Shown: piece after piece, positions 9,823 to 21,617 of the stretch
Numbering within the stretch: the stretch's first letter is position 1
How the letters are laid out: every line of letters starts with the position of its first letter
Assembly: GCA_046758065.1 (NCBI GenBank)
Contig: JBHHZM010000002.1
Coordinates: 1 to 52,641 of the forward strand
DNA from: Alphaproteobacteria bacterium
GTDB taxonomy: Bacteria > Pseudomonadota > Alphaproteobacteria > JAAXGF01
Length of the DNA stretch: 52,641 nucleotides
Reading direction: 5' to 3'
Translations under genes and position numbers: made by a program
Notes under the pieces: model-generated
Seen by the model: the letters and a program-made list of their open reading frames with translations, nothing else
Databases searched by the model: none
What the model was told of the DNA's origin: nothing

Positions 9823-11561
9823 GCCCGCAACGCAATCGGTTCGCGGACGACGCGCCCGCGATAGACGGTCGCGTCCGGCTCGACGGCCTCGCCAGCCAGG
9901 CGCTGCACACCGGGTGCCATCGCCTGATGTTCGGCGCCGTTCTGTTCGCGCTCGCCTTCTTCATCGTCGGCCTGCGGCTGGTCGACGTGGTTCTGCTCAA
10001 CGACGGCTTCGAACCGCGCCTCGCGCGTGCGGCGCCGACGCAGCACGCCCAGCTCGGCCGTCGCGACATCGTCGACCGCAACGGCGTACTGCTCGCCACC
10101 AACCTGCCCACCGCTTCGCTGTTCGCCGATCCCGCCCGGGTGCTCGACGCCGGCGAGGCGGCCGGCAGGCTGGTCCGCGTCCTGCCCGAGATGAGCCGCG
10201 CCGAGATTCTCGACAAGCTGACCAGTCCGCGGCGCTTCGTCTGGCTCAAGCGCAACCTCACGCCCCGCCAACAGGATGCGATCAACCGCCTGGGATTGCC
10301 CGGAATCGCCTTTCAGCGCGAGGAACGACGGGTCTATCCGCTGGGTGCGCTGTTTTCCCATGTCGTCGGGTTCGCCGACATCGACGGCCGCGGCATCGCC
10401 GGCGTCGAGAAGTCGTTCGACGAGACGTTGCGTGCGGCGGCGGAAGGCGAAGCGGCGCCGCTCAGGCTGTCTCTCGACACCCGTGTCCAGCACGCGCTGC
10501 GCGAAGAGCTTGCCCGCGGCATGGCGACGTTCGATGCCGCCGGCGCCGCGGGCGTCGTGCTCGACGCGACCAACGGCGCCGTGCTGGCGATGGTCTCGCT
10601 GCCCGACTTCGACCCCAACCGCTCGCGCGACGGCCGGCAAGCGGCGCGCTTCAACCGCGCCACCCTCGGCGCCTACGAGATGGGTTCGACCTTCAAGGTG
10701 TTCACCACGGCGATGGCGCTCGACGCCGGCGTCGTCACGCTGCGCGACGGCTACGACGCCAGCCAGCCGATCCATGTGGCGCGCTTCGTCATCCACGACT
10801 ACAAGCCGGCCAACCGCTGGCTGTCGGTGCCCGAAATATTCGTGCGCTCGTCGAACATCGGCGCGGCCAAGATGGCGCTCGACATCGGCACCCGGAGGCA
10901 GCGCGAATACCTCTCGCATCTCGGTCTGCTTTCGCCTGCCGAGATCGAGCTGCCCGAGGTTACCGCGCCGATTCTGCCGTCGCCGTGGCGCGAAATCAAC
11001 ACCATGACGATCGCCTACGGCCATGGTCTCGCGGTCAGCCCGTTGCAGCTCACTTCGGCGGTCGCGGCGGTGGTCAACGGCGGGGTGTTCTATCCCCCCA
11101 CCCTGGTCCGGCGCTCGTCCGCGGAGCCGAGCCTCGGCTGGCGCGTCATCGAACCCGACACCTCGACCCGGATGCGCGCGCTGATGCACCTCGTGGTCGC
11201 GCGCGGCACCGGCAAGAAGGCGGCGGTGCCCGGTTATCTGGTCGGCGGCAAGACCGGCACGGCGGAAAAGCCGGGGCGCGGCGGCTATCGGCGCAAGTCG
11301 CTGATTTCGTCGTTCGTCGCCGCCTTTCCCATCGACGCGCCGCGCTTCGTCGTGTTCGCCATGCTCGACGAACCGCGCGGCACCAAGAAGACACACAACT
11401 ACGCGACGGGCGGCTGGACCGCGGCGCCGATCGTCGGCCGCGTCATCGCGCGCCTCGGACCGATGGAGGGTCTCGCGGCGCGCGGGGACGACGCCGAGGA
11501 TCCGGCGGAGGCGCGGCTCGTCAAGATCGCCGGTCGGGAGGGCGCGGGTGTTGCTTTCTGA
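9819..11561 (+). CDS. ftsI: Peptidoglycan D,D-transpeptidase FtsI (PBP3)
   Basis: N-terminal TM, then SxxK (GSTFK), SxN (SSN) and KTG (KTGTAEK) motifs. GTG 9819 overlaps the ftsL stop. Confidence 0.9.
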   Translation: MSPQRNRFADDAPAIDGRVRLDGLASQALHTGCHRLMFGAVLFALAFFIVGLRLVDVVLLNDGFEPRLARAAPTQHAQLGRRDIVDRNGVLLATNLPTASLFADPARVLDAGEAAGRLVRVLPEMSRAEILDKLTSPRRFVWLKRNLTPRQQDAINRLGLPGIAFQREERRVYPLGALFSHVVGFADIDGRGIAGVEKSFDETLRAAAEGEAAPLRLSLDTRVQHALREELARGMATFDAAGAAGVVLDATNGAVLAMVSLPDFDPNRSRDGRQAARFNRATLGAYEMGSTFKVFTTAMALDAGVVTLRDGYDASQPIHVARFVIHDYKPANRWLSVPEIFVRSSNIGAAKMALDIGTRRQREYLSHLGLLSPAEIELPEVTAPILPSPWREINTMTIAYGHGLAVSPLQLTSAVAAVVNGGVFYPPTLVRRSSAEPSLGWRVIEPDTSTRMRALMHLVVARGTGKKAAVPGYLVGGKTGTAEKPGRGGYRRKSLISSFVAAFPIDAPRFVVFAMLDEPRGTKKTHNYATGGWTAAPIVGRVIARLGPMEGLAARGDDAEDPAEARLVKIAGREGAGVAF

Positions 11562-13008
11562 GCTGATCAACGGCGACGGCGGACCGGCCGGAAAAATCGA
11601 GATTCGCGGCCTTACCGCCGATTCGCGTGCGGTCCGCCCGGGTTATCTGTTCGCCGCGCTGCGCGGCAGCCGTGCCGACGGCAGCGACTTCGTCGCCGAC
11701 GCCGTCGCCCACGGCGCGATCGCCGTGCTCGCGGCCGAAGGCGCGCGGATCGAACTTCCCGAGGACAAGGTACGGCTGGTCACCGACGCCAATCCAAGGC
11801 GCCGGCTGGCGCTGATGGCGGCGCGCTTCCATCCGGCGCAGCCACGCGTCATCGCTGCGGTGACCGGCACCAACGGGAAGACCTCGGTCGCCGCCTTCGC
11901 CCGGCAGATCTGGGAGCGCATGGGGGTGCCCGCCGCCTCCCTCGGGACCCTTGGCATCGTCGGACGGGACGTATCGCGGTCGTTGTCCCACACGACCCCC
12001 GATCCCGTGACGCTGCATCAAGCGCTCTCAGATCTCGCCGCGGCGGACATCGACCACCTGGCGATCGAGGCCTCGAGCCACGGTCTCGACCAATGCCGGC
12101 TCGACGGCGTTCGGGTAAGCGCCGCGGCCTTCACCAATCTGACGCAGGATCATCTCGACTATCACCCGAGCGCCGAGGCCTATCTCGCCGCCAAGCTGCG
12201 CCTGTTCGACACGGTGATGGCGCCGGGCGGTGTCGCCGTGCTCAACGCCGATGCGCCCGAATTCGCGCGCCTTGCCGAAGTCTGCCGCGCGCGCGGTCAC
12301 CGCATCATGAGCTACGGCCGCACCGCGGGCGACCTGCGTCTGGTCGGCGCCGGGGCGGTGGACGACGGCCAACGCCTGACGATCGACGTCGCCGGCCGGC
12401 GCCGCACCGTCGCCCTGCCGCTTCCCGGCGCGTTCCAGGCGATGAATGCGCTCTGCGCCGCCGGGCTCGTGGTTGCCTGCGGCGTCGCGATCGACGACGC
12501 GCTGGCGGCGCTGTCCGGGATCGCCGGCGTTCCCGGCCGGGTCGAGTGCGTCGCCCGTCACCCCTGCGGCGCGCCGGTCTACGTCGATTACGCGCACACC
12601 CCCGACGCGCTTGCCCACGTGCTCGAAGCGCTCAGGCCGCACGCCCGCGGCCGACTCGTCGTCGTCTTCGGCTGCGGCGGCGACCGCGACCGGACCAAAC
12701 GGCCGCTCATGGGCAAGATCGCCGCCGCGCTCGCCGATCATGCCATCGTCACCGACGACAACCCGCGGGGCGAGGACCCGGGAGCGATCCGGCGCGCCGT
12801 GCTCGCCGCCTGCCCCGGCGCCGACGAGGTCGACGACCGCGCCCGGGCGATCCGCGAGGCGATTGCCCGGCTCGCCCCGGGCGACGTTCTGGTCATCGCC
12901 GGCAAGGGTCACGAACGGGGTCAGATCGTCGGCCAAACGGTCATCCCCTTCGACGACGCCGAAATCGCCCGCGCCGCCGTCGCCGGGCTTCGCGGAGACG
13001 ACCGGTGA
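11548..13008 (+). CDS. murE: UDP-N-acetylmuramoyl-L-alanyl-D-glutamate--2,6-diaminopimelate ligase
   Basis: Mur ligase P-loop GTNGKTS and the DNPRGED (DNPR, meso-DAP specificity) motif. GGGAGGG RBS. Confidence 0.95.
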   Translation: MLLSELINGDGGPAGKIEIRGLTADSRAVRPGYLFAALRGSRADGSDFVADAVAHGAIAVLAAEGARIELPEDKVRLVTDANPRRRLALMAARFHPAQPRVIAAVTGTNGKTSVAAFARQIWERMGVPAASLGTLGIVGRDVSRSLSHTTPDPVTLHQALSDLAAADIDHLAIEASSHGLDQCRLDGVRVSAAAFTNLTQDHLDYHPSAEAYLAAKLRLFDTVMAPGGVAVLNADAPEFARLAEVCRARGHRIMSYGRTAGDLRLVGAGAVDDGQRLTIDVAGRRRTVALPLPGAFQAMNALCAAGLVVACGVAIDDALAALSGIAGVPGRVECVARHPCGAPVYVDYAHTPDALAHVLEALRPHARGRLVVVFGCGGDRDRTKRPLMGKIAAALADHAIVTDDNPRGEDPGAIRRAVLAACPGADEVDDRARAIREAIARLAPGDVLVIAGKGHERGQIVGQTVIPFDDAEIARAAVAGLRGDDR

Positions 13009-14435
13009 GCGACGCGATCCTGTGGACGGCGACCGAGGCCGCGCGCGCGACCGGCGGGGAGACGCCGGCCGAATGGGACTGCACGAGCATTGCCTCGGAC
13101 AGCCGCAAGGTCGAGCCCGGCGCGCTGTTCGTCGCCCTCAAGGGCCCCAACCACGACGCCCACGATTATGTCGTTCAGGCATTCGAGCGCGGCGCCGCGG
13201 CGGCGCTGGTGGCGCGTCGCCCCGAAGGCGTCGCCGCCGGGGCGCCGCTGCTGGTGGTCGACGACGTGCTCGCGGCGCTCGGACGGCTCGCCCAAGCGGC
13301 GCGCGCGCGGACCGCGGCGCGCGTCATCGCGGTGACGGGGAGCGTCGGCAAGACGGGCACCAAGGAGACCTTGCGGCTCGCGCTTTCCGAGCAGGGCGCC
13401 ACCTTCGTGAGCCCGGCGAGCTACAACAACGCCTGGGGCGTGCCCCTGAGCCTCGCCGCCCTGCCGCGCGACGCGATGTACGCCGTCTTCGAGATCGGCA
13501 TGAACCACCCGGGCGAGATCGCCCCGCTGGCGCGGCTGGTGCGGCCCGACGTCGGCGTCGTCACCGTGATCGAAGCCGTGCATCTCGCGTTCTTCGATTC
13601 GCTTGCCGCGATCGCCGACGCCAAGGCCGAATTGTTCGAAGGCATGGATGCCGACGGCGTCGCCGTGCTCAATCACGACGACCGCTTCTACAAGCGCCTC
13701 GCCGCCGCCGCCCGGGCGCGCGGGATGCGGCGTATTCTCGCCTTCGGCCGCGATCCCGGCGCCGAAGTGCGCCTCGTCGAGGCGACCAGCGACGCCGAAT
13801 CGAGCGCCGTGACCGCCGCCGTCGAGGGCGAGACGATCCGCTACACGGTTGGCGCGCCGGGCCGCCACTGGGTCGATACCAGCCTCGCCGCGCTCGCCGC
13901 CGTCAGGGGCGTCGGGGCCGACGTCGGCCGCGCCGCCGCGCGGCTCGCCGAGGCGCGGCCCTTGCCCGGCCGCGGCGCCCGCCACCGCGTGTCGCTCGAC
14001 GGCGACGCCTTCACCCTGATCGACGAGAGCTACAACGCCAACCCGGCGTCGATGCGCGCCGCCATCGCCAACCTCGGCGCGACGCCGCCCGGCCCCGGCG
14101 GCCGGCGCATCGCCGTGCTCGGCGACATGCTCGAACTCGGCGGCGCCGCGCCGGCGCTCCACGCCGCGCTCGCCGATCCGCTGGCCGAAGCGGACGTCGA
14201 TCTGGTGTTCACCGCCGGGACCCACATGGCGCGCCTGCGCAGGGCGCTGCCGGCGGCGCGCCGCGCCGGCCACGCCGAACGCTCGACCGACCTCATCGGG
14301 CCGGTCGTCGCCGCGCTGCGCGCGGGCGACGTGGTCATGGTCAAGGGCTCGCTGGGCAGTCGCATGGCGCCCGTCGTCGAAGCGTTGCGCGCGCGCAACG
14401 CCGCGCGCCGTCCGCGTGCCGCCGGCAACGGATGA
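13005..14435 (+). CDS. murF: UDP-N-acetylmuramoyl-tripeptide--D-alanyl-D-alanine ligase
   Basis: DSRKVEPGALFVALKG, GSVGKTGTKE P-loop, YNANPASM. GTGA overlap with murE. Confidence 0.95.
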   Translation: MSDAILWTATEAARATGGETPAEWDCTSIASDSRKVEPGALFVALKGPNHDAHDYVVQAFERGAAAALVARRPEGVAAGAPLLVVDDVLAALGRLAQAARARTAARVIAVTGSVGKTGTKETLRLALSEQGATFVSPASYNNAWGVPLSLAALPRDAMYAVFEIGMNHPGEIAPLARLVRPDVGVVTVIEAVHLAFFDSLAAIADAKAELFEGMDADGVAVLNHDDRFYKRLAAAARARGMRRILAFGRDPGAEVRLVEATSDAESSAVTAAVEGETIRYTVGAPGRHWVDTSLAALAAVRGVGADVGRAAARLAEARPLPGRGARHRVSLDGDAFTLIDESYNANPASMRAAIANLGATPPGPGGRRIAVLGDMLELGGAAPALHAALADPLAEADVDLVFTAGTHMARLRRALPAARRAGHAERSTDLIGPVVAALRAGDVVMVKGSLGSRMAPVVEALRARNAARRPRAAGNG

Positions 14436-14450
14436 ACGGGGCGCCCGGTC

Positions 14451-15539
14451 ATGCTGTTCAACCTGCTCTATCCGCTGGCCGACGATTTCGGGCTGTTCAA
14501 CCTGTTCCGGTATCTTACTTTCCGTACCGGCGGCGCGGTGCTGACCGCGCTCGTCGTGAGCTTCATCTTCGGCCCCGGCATCATCCGCTGGCTGGCGAAC
14601 CGGCAAGGCAACGGCCAACCGATCCGCGACGACGGTCCCGCGGGCCACATCCTCGCCAAGGCAGGCACGCCGACGATGGGCGGCTTCCTCATCCTGCTCG
14701 CCCTCAGTCTTTCGACGCTGCTCTGGGCCGACCTCACCAACGGCTATGTGTGGATCGTGCTGCTGGTCGCGCTGGGTTACGGCTTCGTCGGTTTCGCCGA
14801 CGATTACATGAAGGTGATGCAGCAGTCGAGCCACGGGCTTTCGGTGCGCTTCAAGTTCCTCATCGAGATCGGCATCGGCGTCGCCGCTGCGGTCTGGATC
14901 ATGCAGCTCACCGACAAGCCGCTGGCGGTGGGGCTTGCCGTGCCGTTCCTCAAGGACGTGCTGGTCGACCTTGGCTGGTTCTTCGTGCCGTTCGCGGTGC
15001 TGGTGATGGTCGGCACCTCGAACGCGGTCAACCTGACCGACGGGCTCGACGGCCTCGCCATCGTGCCGATCATGATCGCCGCCGCCTGTTTCGCCGTGAT
15101 TTCGTACCTCGTCGGCAACACGGTGTTCGCCAACTACCTGCAAATCCAGTTGGTGCCGGGCAGCGGCGAGCTCGCCGTGCTGTGCGGCGCGCTGGTCGGC
15201 GCGAGCCTCGGTTTTCTCTGGTTCAACGCGCCGCCGGCGATGGTGTTCATGGGCGATACCGGCAGCCTCGCCGCCGGCGGCACCATCGGGGCGGTCAGCG
15301 TGGTGACCAAGCACGAGCTCGTGCTGGTCATCATCGGCGGTCTGTTCGTCCTCGAGACCGTTTCGGTCATGGTCCAGGTGATCTCGTTCAAGATCACCGG
15401 GCGTCGCGTCTTCCGCATGGCGCCCCTGCACCATCATTTCGAGCAGAAGGGCTGGGCCGAGCCGACCATCGTCATCCGCTTCTGGATCATCGCCGTGGTC
15501 CTGGCCCTGCTCGGGCTGGCGACGCTGAAACTGAGGTAA
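14451..15539 (+). CDS. mraY: Phospho-N-acetylmuramoyl-pentapeptide transferase
   Basis: 362-aa polytopic protein with [13 protein letters not shown] and [11 protein letters not shown] motifs. Confidence 0.95.
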   Translation: MLFNLLYPLADDFGLFNLFRYLTFRTGGAVLTALVVSFIFGPGIIRWLANRQGNGQPIRDDGPAGHILAKAGTPTMGGFLILLALSLSTLLWADLTNGYVWIVLLVALGYGFVGFADDYMKVMQQSSHGLSVRFKFLIEIGIGVAAAVWIMQLTDKPLAVGLAVPFLKDVLVDLGWFFVPFAVLVMVGTSNAVNLTDGLDGLAIVPIMIAAACFAVISYLVGNTVFANYLQIQLVPGSGELAVLCGALVGASLGFLWFNAPPAMVFMGDTGSLAAGGTIGAVSVVTKHELVLVIIGGLFVLETVSVMVQVISFKITGRRVFRMAPLHHHFEQKGWAEPTIVIRFWIIAVVLALLGLATLKLR

Positions 15540-15543
15540 GGCG

Positions 15544-16968
15544 ATGATCGTGCCCTTCCCCTTCGCCGAGCTTCCCGTCGCCGTCTTCGGCCTGGGCCGT
15601 TCGGGGCGGTCGGCGGCCCGCGCGCTGGTCGCGGCCGAGGCCGAGGTGTGGGCCTGGGACGACGACGCGGCGACGCGCGCGGCGGCGGAGGCCGAAGGGG
15701 CGCCGCTCGTCGATCTCTACCACTGCGACTGGCGCGAACCGCTCAGCCTGGTCCTCAGCCCGGGCGTGCCGCTCAGCCATCCGAAACCGCATCCGGTGGC
15801 GGCGCTCGCGCGCGAGGCGGGTTGCGAGATCATCGGCGACATCGAGGTGCTGGCGCGCACCATGCGCGACGCGCGCTACATCGGGGTGACCGGCACCAAC
15901 GGCAAATCGACGACCACGGCGCTGATCGGACACATCCTCGAATTCGCCGGTCAGACCGTCGCCGTGGGCGGCAACCTGGGCACGCCGGCGCTCGATCTCG
16001 ATCCGCTCGACGGGTCGGGAACCTACGTGCTCGAAATGTCGTCGTACCAGCTCGACCTGACCTATTCGATCACCTTCGACGTGGCGGCGCTGGTCAACGT
16101 GACGCCGGATCACCTCGACCGTCACGGCGGCTTCGACAACTACCTCGCGACGAAGAAGAAAATCTTTTACCGTCAGACCCGCCCACGCACGGCGGTGGTC
16201 TGCGTCGACGACGAGCCCTGCCGCCGGGTGTTCGACGACCTCGTCGCCCTGAGCGACCAGCGTATCGTTCCGGTCTCGGCGGAACGCAAGGTCGCGGGCG
16301 GGATCTACGTCGTCGACGGCGTGCTTCACGACGATAGCGAAGGCCGCGATGCGTCGGTGATCGACCTCAAGGAGGTAGCGACGCTGCCCGGCGTTCATAA
16401 CTGGCAGAACGCCGCAGCCGCCTTCGCCGTCGCCCGCGCCGCCGGGGTTGCCGCGCCGGTCGCCGGCGCCTGTCTGCGCAGTTTTCCCGGTCTCGCGCAT
16501 CGCCTCGAACTGGTCGCGATCATCGACGGCGTGCGCTTCATCAACGATTCCAAGGCGACCAACGCCGCCGCCGCGGCGAAGGCGCTGGCCTGTTACGACA
16601 CCATCCATTGGATCGCCGGCGGGCGGTCCAAGGAAGGCGGCATCGATTCGCTCGAGCCCTATTTCCCGCGCATCACCAGGGCCTACCTCATCGGCGAGGC
16701 GGCCGAGGCGTTCGCGGCGACGCTCGCGGACAAGGTGCCGTACACGATTTGCGGTGAACTGGAGACCGCCGTTTCCCTGGCGGCGGCAGACGCCAAGGCG
16801 TGCGGGCGCGACAGCGCTGTCGTGTTGCTGTCTCCCGCCGGCGCCTCCTTCGACCAGTTCACCAACTTCGAGGCGCGTGGTTCCGCATTCCGCGCGCTCG
16901 TCGACGTCCTCCCCGGCGAGCGTGATGAGGTGGAAAGTACCGCCGTCTCACGAGGAGGCGTCCATTGA
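15544..16968 (+). CDS. murD: UDP-N-acetylmuramoylalanine--D-glutamate ligase
   Basis: GVTGTNGKSTT P-loop and canonical position in the cluster. Confidence 0.95.
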   Translation: MIVPFPFAELPVAVFGLGRSGRSAARALVAAEAEVWAWDDDAATRAAAEAEGAPLVDLYHCDWREPLSLVLSPGVPLSHPKPHPVAALAREAGCEIIGDIEVLARTMRDARYIGVTGTNGKSTTTALIGHILEFAGQTVAVGGNLGTPALDLDPLDGSGTYVLEMSSYQLDLTYSITFDVAALVNVTPDHLDRHGGFDNYLATKKKIFYRQTRPRTAVVCVDDEPCRRVFDDLVALSDQRIVPVSAERKVAGGIYVVDGVLHDDSEGRDASVIDLKEVATLPGVHNWQNAAAAFAVARAAGVAAPVAGACLRSFPGLAHRLELVAIIDGVRFINDSKATNAAAAAKALACYDTIHWIAGGRSKEGGIDSLEPYFPRITRAYLIGEAAEAFAATLADKVPYTICGELETAVSLAAADAKACGRDSAVVLLSPAGASFDQFTNFEARGSAFRALVDVLPGERDEVESTAVSRGGVH

Positions 16969-18089
16969 TCGTCGTCGCGCGCACCGATACCAGTCTGTTC
17001 GGTCGTTGGTGGTGGACGATCGATCGGTGGACCCTCCTCGCTTTTGTCCTTCTCATGGGATTGGGCGCCATCCTGATCATGGCGGCGAGCCCGGCGGTGG
17101 CCGACCGCCTCGGCGTCGATCCCTTCTATTTCGTGCGGCGCCAGCTTGCCTATCTCCTGCCTGCCGCGGCGGTCATGCTGGCGACCTCGCTGCTGTCGCC
17201 GCGCGGCGTGCGGCGGCTCGCGCTCGCCGGATTCGCGGTCGGCGTGGCGCTGCTCGTCGTCACCCTCGTCGCGGGCCACGAGGTCAACGGCGCCCGGCGC
17301 TGGCTCAGGCTGGGGACGTTCTCGCTCCAGGCCTCGGAATTCGTCAAGCCGTTCTTTGCGGTCGTCGCCGCCTGGCTGTTCGCCGCCTACCGTCTCAACC
17401 CGGGGTTTCCCGGAAACCTGTTGTGCGCCGCGTTCTGCGTGCTGCTGCTCGGTCTGCTCGTCCTGCAGCCCGACTTCGGCATGGCCCTGATGGTGGCGGC
17501 GGTGTGGTTCGCGCAGTACTTCTTCGCCGGCCTGGGTTTCGGCTGGGTGGCGCTGTTCGGCGCTCTCGGCCTCGCCGGGCTGGTCGCCGGCTATGTTTTC
17601 CTGCCGCACGTGGCAAGCCGCATCGACCGCTTTTTCGACCCGGGTTCGGGCGACAACTTCCAGGTCGATACGGCGCTCAGCGCCTTCACCAACGGCGGGC
17701 TGTTTGGCCGCGGCCCGGGCGAAGGCGTGGTCAAGGAGAGTCTGCCCGACGCGCACAGCGATTTCATTTTCGCCGTCGCCGGGGAAGAGTTCGGGCTGCT
17801 GTTCTGCCTCGTGATCGTCGCCATTTTCGCCTTTATCGTGCTGCGCGGCTTCGGCCGCGCGCTTCAGGGCCGCAGTCTGTTCGCGATGCTCGCGGCGGGC
17901 GGCCTTCTCGCCGGCTTCGGCCTGCAGGCGCTGGTACACATGGGAGTGACGCTCAGGCTGCTGCCGCCCACCGGGATGACGCTGCCGTTCGTCTCCTACG
18001 GCGGCTCGTCGATCTTCGCCGTGGCGCTCGGCATGGGCATGCTGCTGGCGCTGACGCGCCGGCGCGCCGGCGCGGGAGAGCTGCCGTGA
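16965..18089 (+). CDS. ftsW: Peptidoglycan glycosyltransferase FtsW (SEDS family)
   Basis: Multi-TM SEDS protein with [21 protein letters not shown] overlap with murD behind a GAGGAGG RBS. Confidence 0.9.
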   Translation: MIVVARTDTSLFGRWWWTIDRWTLLAFVLLMGLGAILIMAASPAVADRLGVDPFYFVRRQLAYLLPAAAVMLATSLLSPRGVRRLALAGFAVGVALLVVTLVAGHEVNGARRWLRLGTFSLQASEFVKPFFAVVAAWLFAAYRLNPGFPGNLLCAAFCVLLLGLLVLQPDFGMALMVAAVWFAQYFFAGLGFGWVALFGALGLAGLVAGYVFLPHVASRIDRFFDPGSGDNFQVDTALSAFTNGGLFGRGPGEGVVKESLPDAHSDFIFAVAGEEFGLLFCLVIVAIFAFIVLRGFGRALQGRSLFAMLAAGGLLAGFGLQALVHMGVTLRLLPPTGMTLPFVSYGGSSIFAVALGMGMLLALTRRRAGAGELP

Positions 18090-19237
18090 GCGGGCTGGTG
18101 GTGCTGACCGCCGGCGGCACCGGCGGTCACGTCTTTCCGGCCCAGGCGCTGGCCAGCGAGCTGGTCGCGCGCGGCCGGACGCTGGCGCTGATTACCGACC
18201 GCCGCGGCGCCGACTTCGGCGAGATGCTCGACCGCAAGGCGGTGTTCACCGTGTCCGCGAGCATGGTGAGCGGACGCGGGCTTTCGGGCCGGCTCAGGGG
18301 TCTCTTCGACATCGGCCTCGGCGTGGTGCAGGCGCGCCGCATCCTCGGTCGGCTGCGTCCGGCGGGGGTGGTGGGGTTCGGCGGCTACGCCTCGGTGCCG
18401 GCGATGCTGGCGGCCACCCAGCGCGGGCTGCCCACGGTGATCCACGAGCAGAACGCGGTACTCGGCCGCGCCAACCGCCTGCTCGCTCCCCGGGTGCGCG
18501 CCATCGCCGTCTCATTCGCCGGGACGGCGCAGCTCTGTCCCGCCGACGCCGGCAAGGCCGAGCATACCGGCAATCCGGTGCGTCCCGAGATCGCGGCGCT
18601 CGCCGAGACGCCCTACCCGGCGCCCGCGGCGGACGGCCCCTTGACGCTGCTGGTGACCGGCGGCAGTCAGGGCGCGGCGGTGTTGGCCGACGTGGTGCCG
18701 GAGGCGCTCGGCCTCCTGTCCGGGGCGATGCGGCGCCGGCTCCGCGTCATGCAGCAGTGCCGCGCCGACGACATCGAACGCGTCCGGGCGGCGTACGCCG
18801 GGGCGGCAATCGACGCCGAACTCGCGGTTTTTTTCAACGACATGCCGGCGCGGCTCGCGGCGGCGCATCTCGCCATCGCCCGGGCCGGCGCATCGACGGT
18901 CGCCGAACTCACCGCCGCCGGCCGGCCGGCGATCCTGGTGCCCTATCCGCACGCCATCGACGATCACCAGAGCGCCAATGCCCGCGCCGTCGAGGCCGCC
19001 GCTGGCGGCTGGCTGATGCCGCAGACGGAGTTCACGCCCGAGGCGCTTGCCGCCCGCCTCGCCACGCTGTTCGAGGCGCCCGGGCGTCTCGCGACGGCCG
19101 CGGCCGCCGCGCGCGCCGCCAGCAGACCGCACGCCGCGGCGCTGCTTGCCGATCTCGTCGAACGGCGCATGCCGGTCAACGGCGGCTGCGGCGTCAATCG
19201 CGGTGCGGGACTGACCGCGCAGGGGGTCGCCGCATGA
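18086..19237 (+). CDS. murG: UDP-N-acetylglucosamine--N-acetylmuramyl-(pentapeptide) pyrophosphoryl-undecaprenol GlcNAc transferase
   Basis: [15 protein letters not shown]-terminus. GTGA overlap with ftsW. Confidence 0.95.
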   Translation: MSGLVVLTAGGTGGHVFPAQALASELVARGRTLALITDRRGADFGEMLDRKAVFTVSASMVSGRGLSGRLRGLFDIGLGVVQARRILGRLRPAGVVGFGGYASVPAMLAATQRGLPTVIHEQNAVLGRANRLLAPRVRAIAVSFAGTAQLCPADAGKAEHTGNPVRPEIAALAETPYPAPAADGPLTLLVTGGSQGAAVLADVVPEALGLLSGAMRRRLRVMQQCRADDIERVRAAYAGAAIDAELAVFFNDMPARLAAAHLAIARAGASTVAELTAAGRPAILVPYPHAIDDHQSANARAVEAAAGGWLMPQTEFTPEALAARLATLFEAPGRLATAAAAARAASRPHAAALLADLVERRMPVNGGCGVNRGAGLTAQGVAA

Positions 19238-20676
19238 GGAAGATTCCGCTCGCGATCGGCACCATCCATTTCGTCGGCATCGGCGGCATCGGCATGAGCG
19301 GCATCGCCGAAGTGCTGCATAACCTGGGTTATTGCGTGCAGGGCAGCGATATTGCCGAAAACGCCAACGTCAACCGGCTGCGCGAGTTGGGCGTCGCGGT
19401 TCGCGTCGGTCACGCGGCGGAGAACCTGGGCGACGCCCAGGTGGTGATCGTTTCCTCCGCGGTGAAACCCGACAACCCCGAGGTGACGGCGGCGCGCGCC
19501 TCCTTCGTACCGGTGGTGCGGCGCGCCGAGATGCTGGGCGAGCTGATGCGGCTCAGATGGTCGATCGCAGTGGGCGGCACTCACGGCAAGACGACGACGA
19601 CCTCGCTGATCGCCGCGCTGCTCGACGCCGCGCGCTTCGATCCGACGGTGATCAACGGCGGTATCATCAACGCCTACGGCACCAACGCCCATCTCGGCGG
19701 CGGCGAGTGGATGGTCGTCGAGGCCGACGAATCCGACGGCACCATCGCGCGGCTCCGGGCGATTGTCGCCGTGGTCACCAACATCGACCCCGAACACCTC
19801 GATCACTACGGCTCGTTCGATGCGCTGCGCGCCGCCTTCGAGGCGTTCGTCGAGAACATCCCGTTCTACGGCTTTGCGGTGCTCTGTATCGATGCGCCGG
19901 AGGTTCAGGCAATGATCGGCCGGGTCTCCAACCGCCGCGTCGTCACCTATGGCTTCAGCCCGCAGGCCGATGTGCGCGCCGTCGACGTCGAAACGGCGCC
20001 GGGCGGCATGCGCTTCAGCGCGGTGCTCGCCGACCGCAGCGGCGGCGAACCGCGCACCATCGAGGGCCTCGATCTGCCGATGCCGGGCGAGCACAATGTG
20101 CAGAACGCGCTCGCCGCGCTCGCCGTCGGCCACGAGATGGGCATCGACGAGCGGGTGATGCGCCGCGCCTTCGCCGAGTTCAAGGGGGTCAAGCGGCGCT
20201 TCACCCGCACCGGCGAGGTTGGCGGGATCACGGTAATCGACGACTACGGACACCACCCGGTGGAAATCGCCGCGGCGCTCAAGGCAGCGCGCGCGGCCTA
20301 CGACGGTCGCATCGTCGCCGTCGTCCAGCCGCACCGCTACACCCGACTGCGCGACCTGTTCGAGGAATTCTGCGTTTGCTTCAACGATGCCGACACGGTC
20401 ATCGTCGCCGACGTCTACGCCGCGGGCGAGCAGCCGATCGAAGGCATCGACCGCGACGCGTTCGTCGCCGGTCTGCGCGAGCGCGGCCACCGTCGCGTCG
20501 AGGCGCTCGACGATCCGGAAGATCTCGCCGGCATCATCGCCAGCGAGGCGGTCGCGGGCGATGCGGTGATCTGCCTCGGCGCCGGCACCGTCACCAATTG
20601 GGCGCATGCCCTGCCGGATCGGCTCGCGCGGGCGCTCGCCGGGCGGGCGGGCGACCGGCGGAGCGTCCATAAATGA
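19234..20676 (+). CDS. murC: UDP-N-acetylmuramate--L-alanine ligase
   Basis: [18 protein letters not shown] and [13 protein letters not shown] overlap with murG. Confidence 0.95.
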   Translation: MRKIPLAIGTIHFVGIGGIGMSGIAEVLHNLGYCVQGSDIAENANVNRLRELGVAVRVGHAAENLGDAQVVIVSSAVKPDNPEVTAARASFVPVVRRAEMLGELMRLRWSIAVGGTHGKTTTTSLIAALLDAARFDPTVINGGIINAYGTNAHLGGGEWMVVEADESDGTIARLRAIVAVVTNIDPEHLDHYGSFDALRAAFEAFVENIPFYGFAVLCIDAPEVQAMIGRVSNRRVVTYGFSPQADVRAVDVETAPGGMRFSAVLADRSGGEPRTIEGLDLPMPGEHNVQNALAALAVGHEMGIDERVMRRAFAEFKGVKRRFTRTGEVGGITVIDDYGHHPVEIAAALKAARAAYDGRIVAVVQPHRYTRLRDLFEEFCVCFNDADTVIVADVYAAGEQPIEGIDRDAFVAGLRERGHRRVEALDDPEDLAGIIASEAVAGDAVICLGAGTVTNWAHALPDRLARALAGRAGDRRSVHK

Positions 20677-21617
20677 TGGCCCCGGCGCGTCGCCCCGCTC
20701 GCCTGATCGATCGGCTGCCGCCGGTGCGCGGCCGTTACGTGGAGAATGTCGCGCTCGGCCGTTTCACCTGGTTTCGCGTCGGTGGGCCGGCTGAGGTCGT
20801 CTTCCGCCCCGCCGACGAGGCCGATCTCGCCGAATTTCTCGGCCGCAAACCGGCCGACGTGCCGGTCACGGTGATCGGCGTCGGTTCGAACCTTCTGGTG
20901 CGCGACGGCGGGATCGACGGCGTGGTGGTCCGGCTGGGCCGCGCGTTCGCCGGCATTGCGGTCGAGGGCGCGGGCATCGAAGCCGGCGCGGCGGCGCTCG
21001 ATCTCAACGTGGCGCGCGCCGCCGCCGCAGCGGGACTCGCCGGGCTCGAATTCCTGAGCGGTGTGCCGGGAACCGTCGGCGGCGCGCTCCGGATGAACGC
21101 CGGCGCCTTCGGCGGCGAGATGGCCGAAGTCGCGATCGGCGCCCGGGCGGTCGACGCGCAGGGCGGTCTGCACGAACTCTCGGTCGCCGATCTCGGGTTC
21201 GCCTACCGCCATACGGCGGCGCCCGGCGACTGGATCTTCACCGCGGCGAGGCTGGTCGGGCAGCCGGGCGAGCCGCGGGCCATCGCCGCCCGCATGGCCG
21301 AGATCGCCCGCACCCGCGACGCCGCCCAGCCGCGGCGCAGCCGCACCGGCGGCAGCACGTTCAAGAACCCGCCGGGGATGAGCGCCTGGGAGCTGATCGA
21401 ACGCGCCGGCTGTCGGGGCCTGCGCCGTGGCGGGGCCATGGTCTCCGAGAAGCACTGCAACTTTCTCGTCAACGCCGGCGAGGCCACGGCGGCCGACGTC
21501 GAGGCGCTCGGCGAGGAGGTCCGTCGGCGCGTCGCCGAGGCGGCCGGCGTTACCCTCGAATGGGAAATCCGCCGTGTCGGCCGCCACGCCGCGGGCCTCG
21601 GAGAGGCCGAACGATGA
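20673..21617 (+). CDS. murB: UDP-N-acetylenolpyruvoylglucosamine reductase
   Basis: FAD-binding PCMH-type N-terminus (FRVGGPAE...[11 protein letters not shown]) and C-terminal GSTFKNP. ATGA overlap with murC. Confidence 0.95.
   Translation: MMAPARRPARLIDRLPPVRGRYVENVALGRFTWFRVGGPAEVVFRPADEADLAEFLGRKPADVPVTVIGVGSNLLVRDGGIDGVVVRLGRAFAGIAVEGAGIEAGAAALDLNVARAAAAAGLAGLEFLSGVPGTVGGALRMNAGAFGGEMAEVAIGARAVDAQGGLHELSVADLGFAYRHTAAPGDWIFTAARLVGQPGEPRAIAARMAEIARTRDAAQPRRSRTGGSTFKNPPGMSAWELIERAGCRGLRRGGAMVSEKHCNFLVNAGEATAADVEALGEEVRRRVAEAAGVTLEWEIRRVGRHAAGLGEAER

Noticed and set aside
12921-15437. 838-aa minus-strand ORF antisense to murF/mraY. Others of the same kind: 23123..26245 (1040 aa), 28942..32547 (1201 aa), 46468..49293 (941 aa), 12446..15547 + (1033 aa), 2215..3729, 9675..11570, 18964..20670, 49061..50896.
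   Set aside because: Their composition is dominated by Arg/Ala/Gly/Pro/Asp, with no motifs. They lie in alternate frames of well-supported conserved genes. These are classic stop-codon-poor shadow ORFs in ~70% GC DNA.
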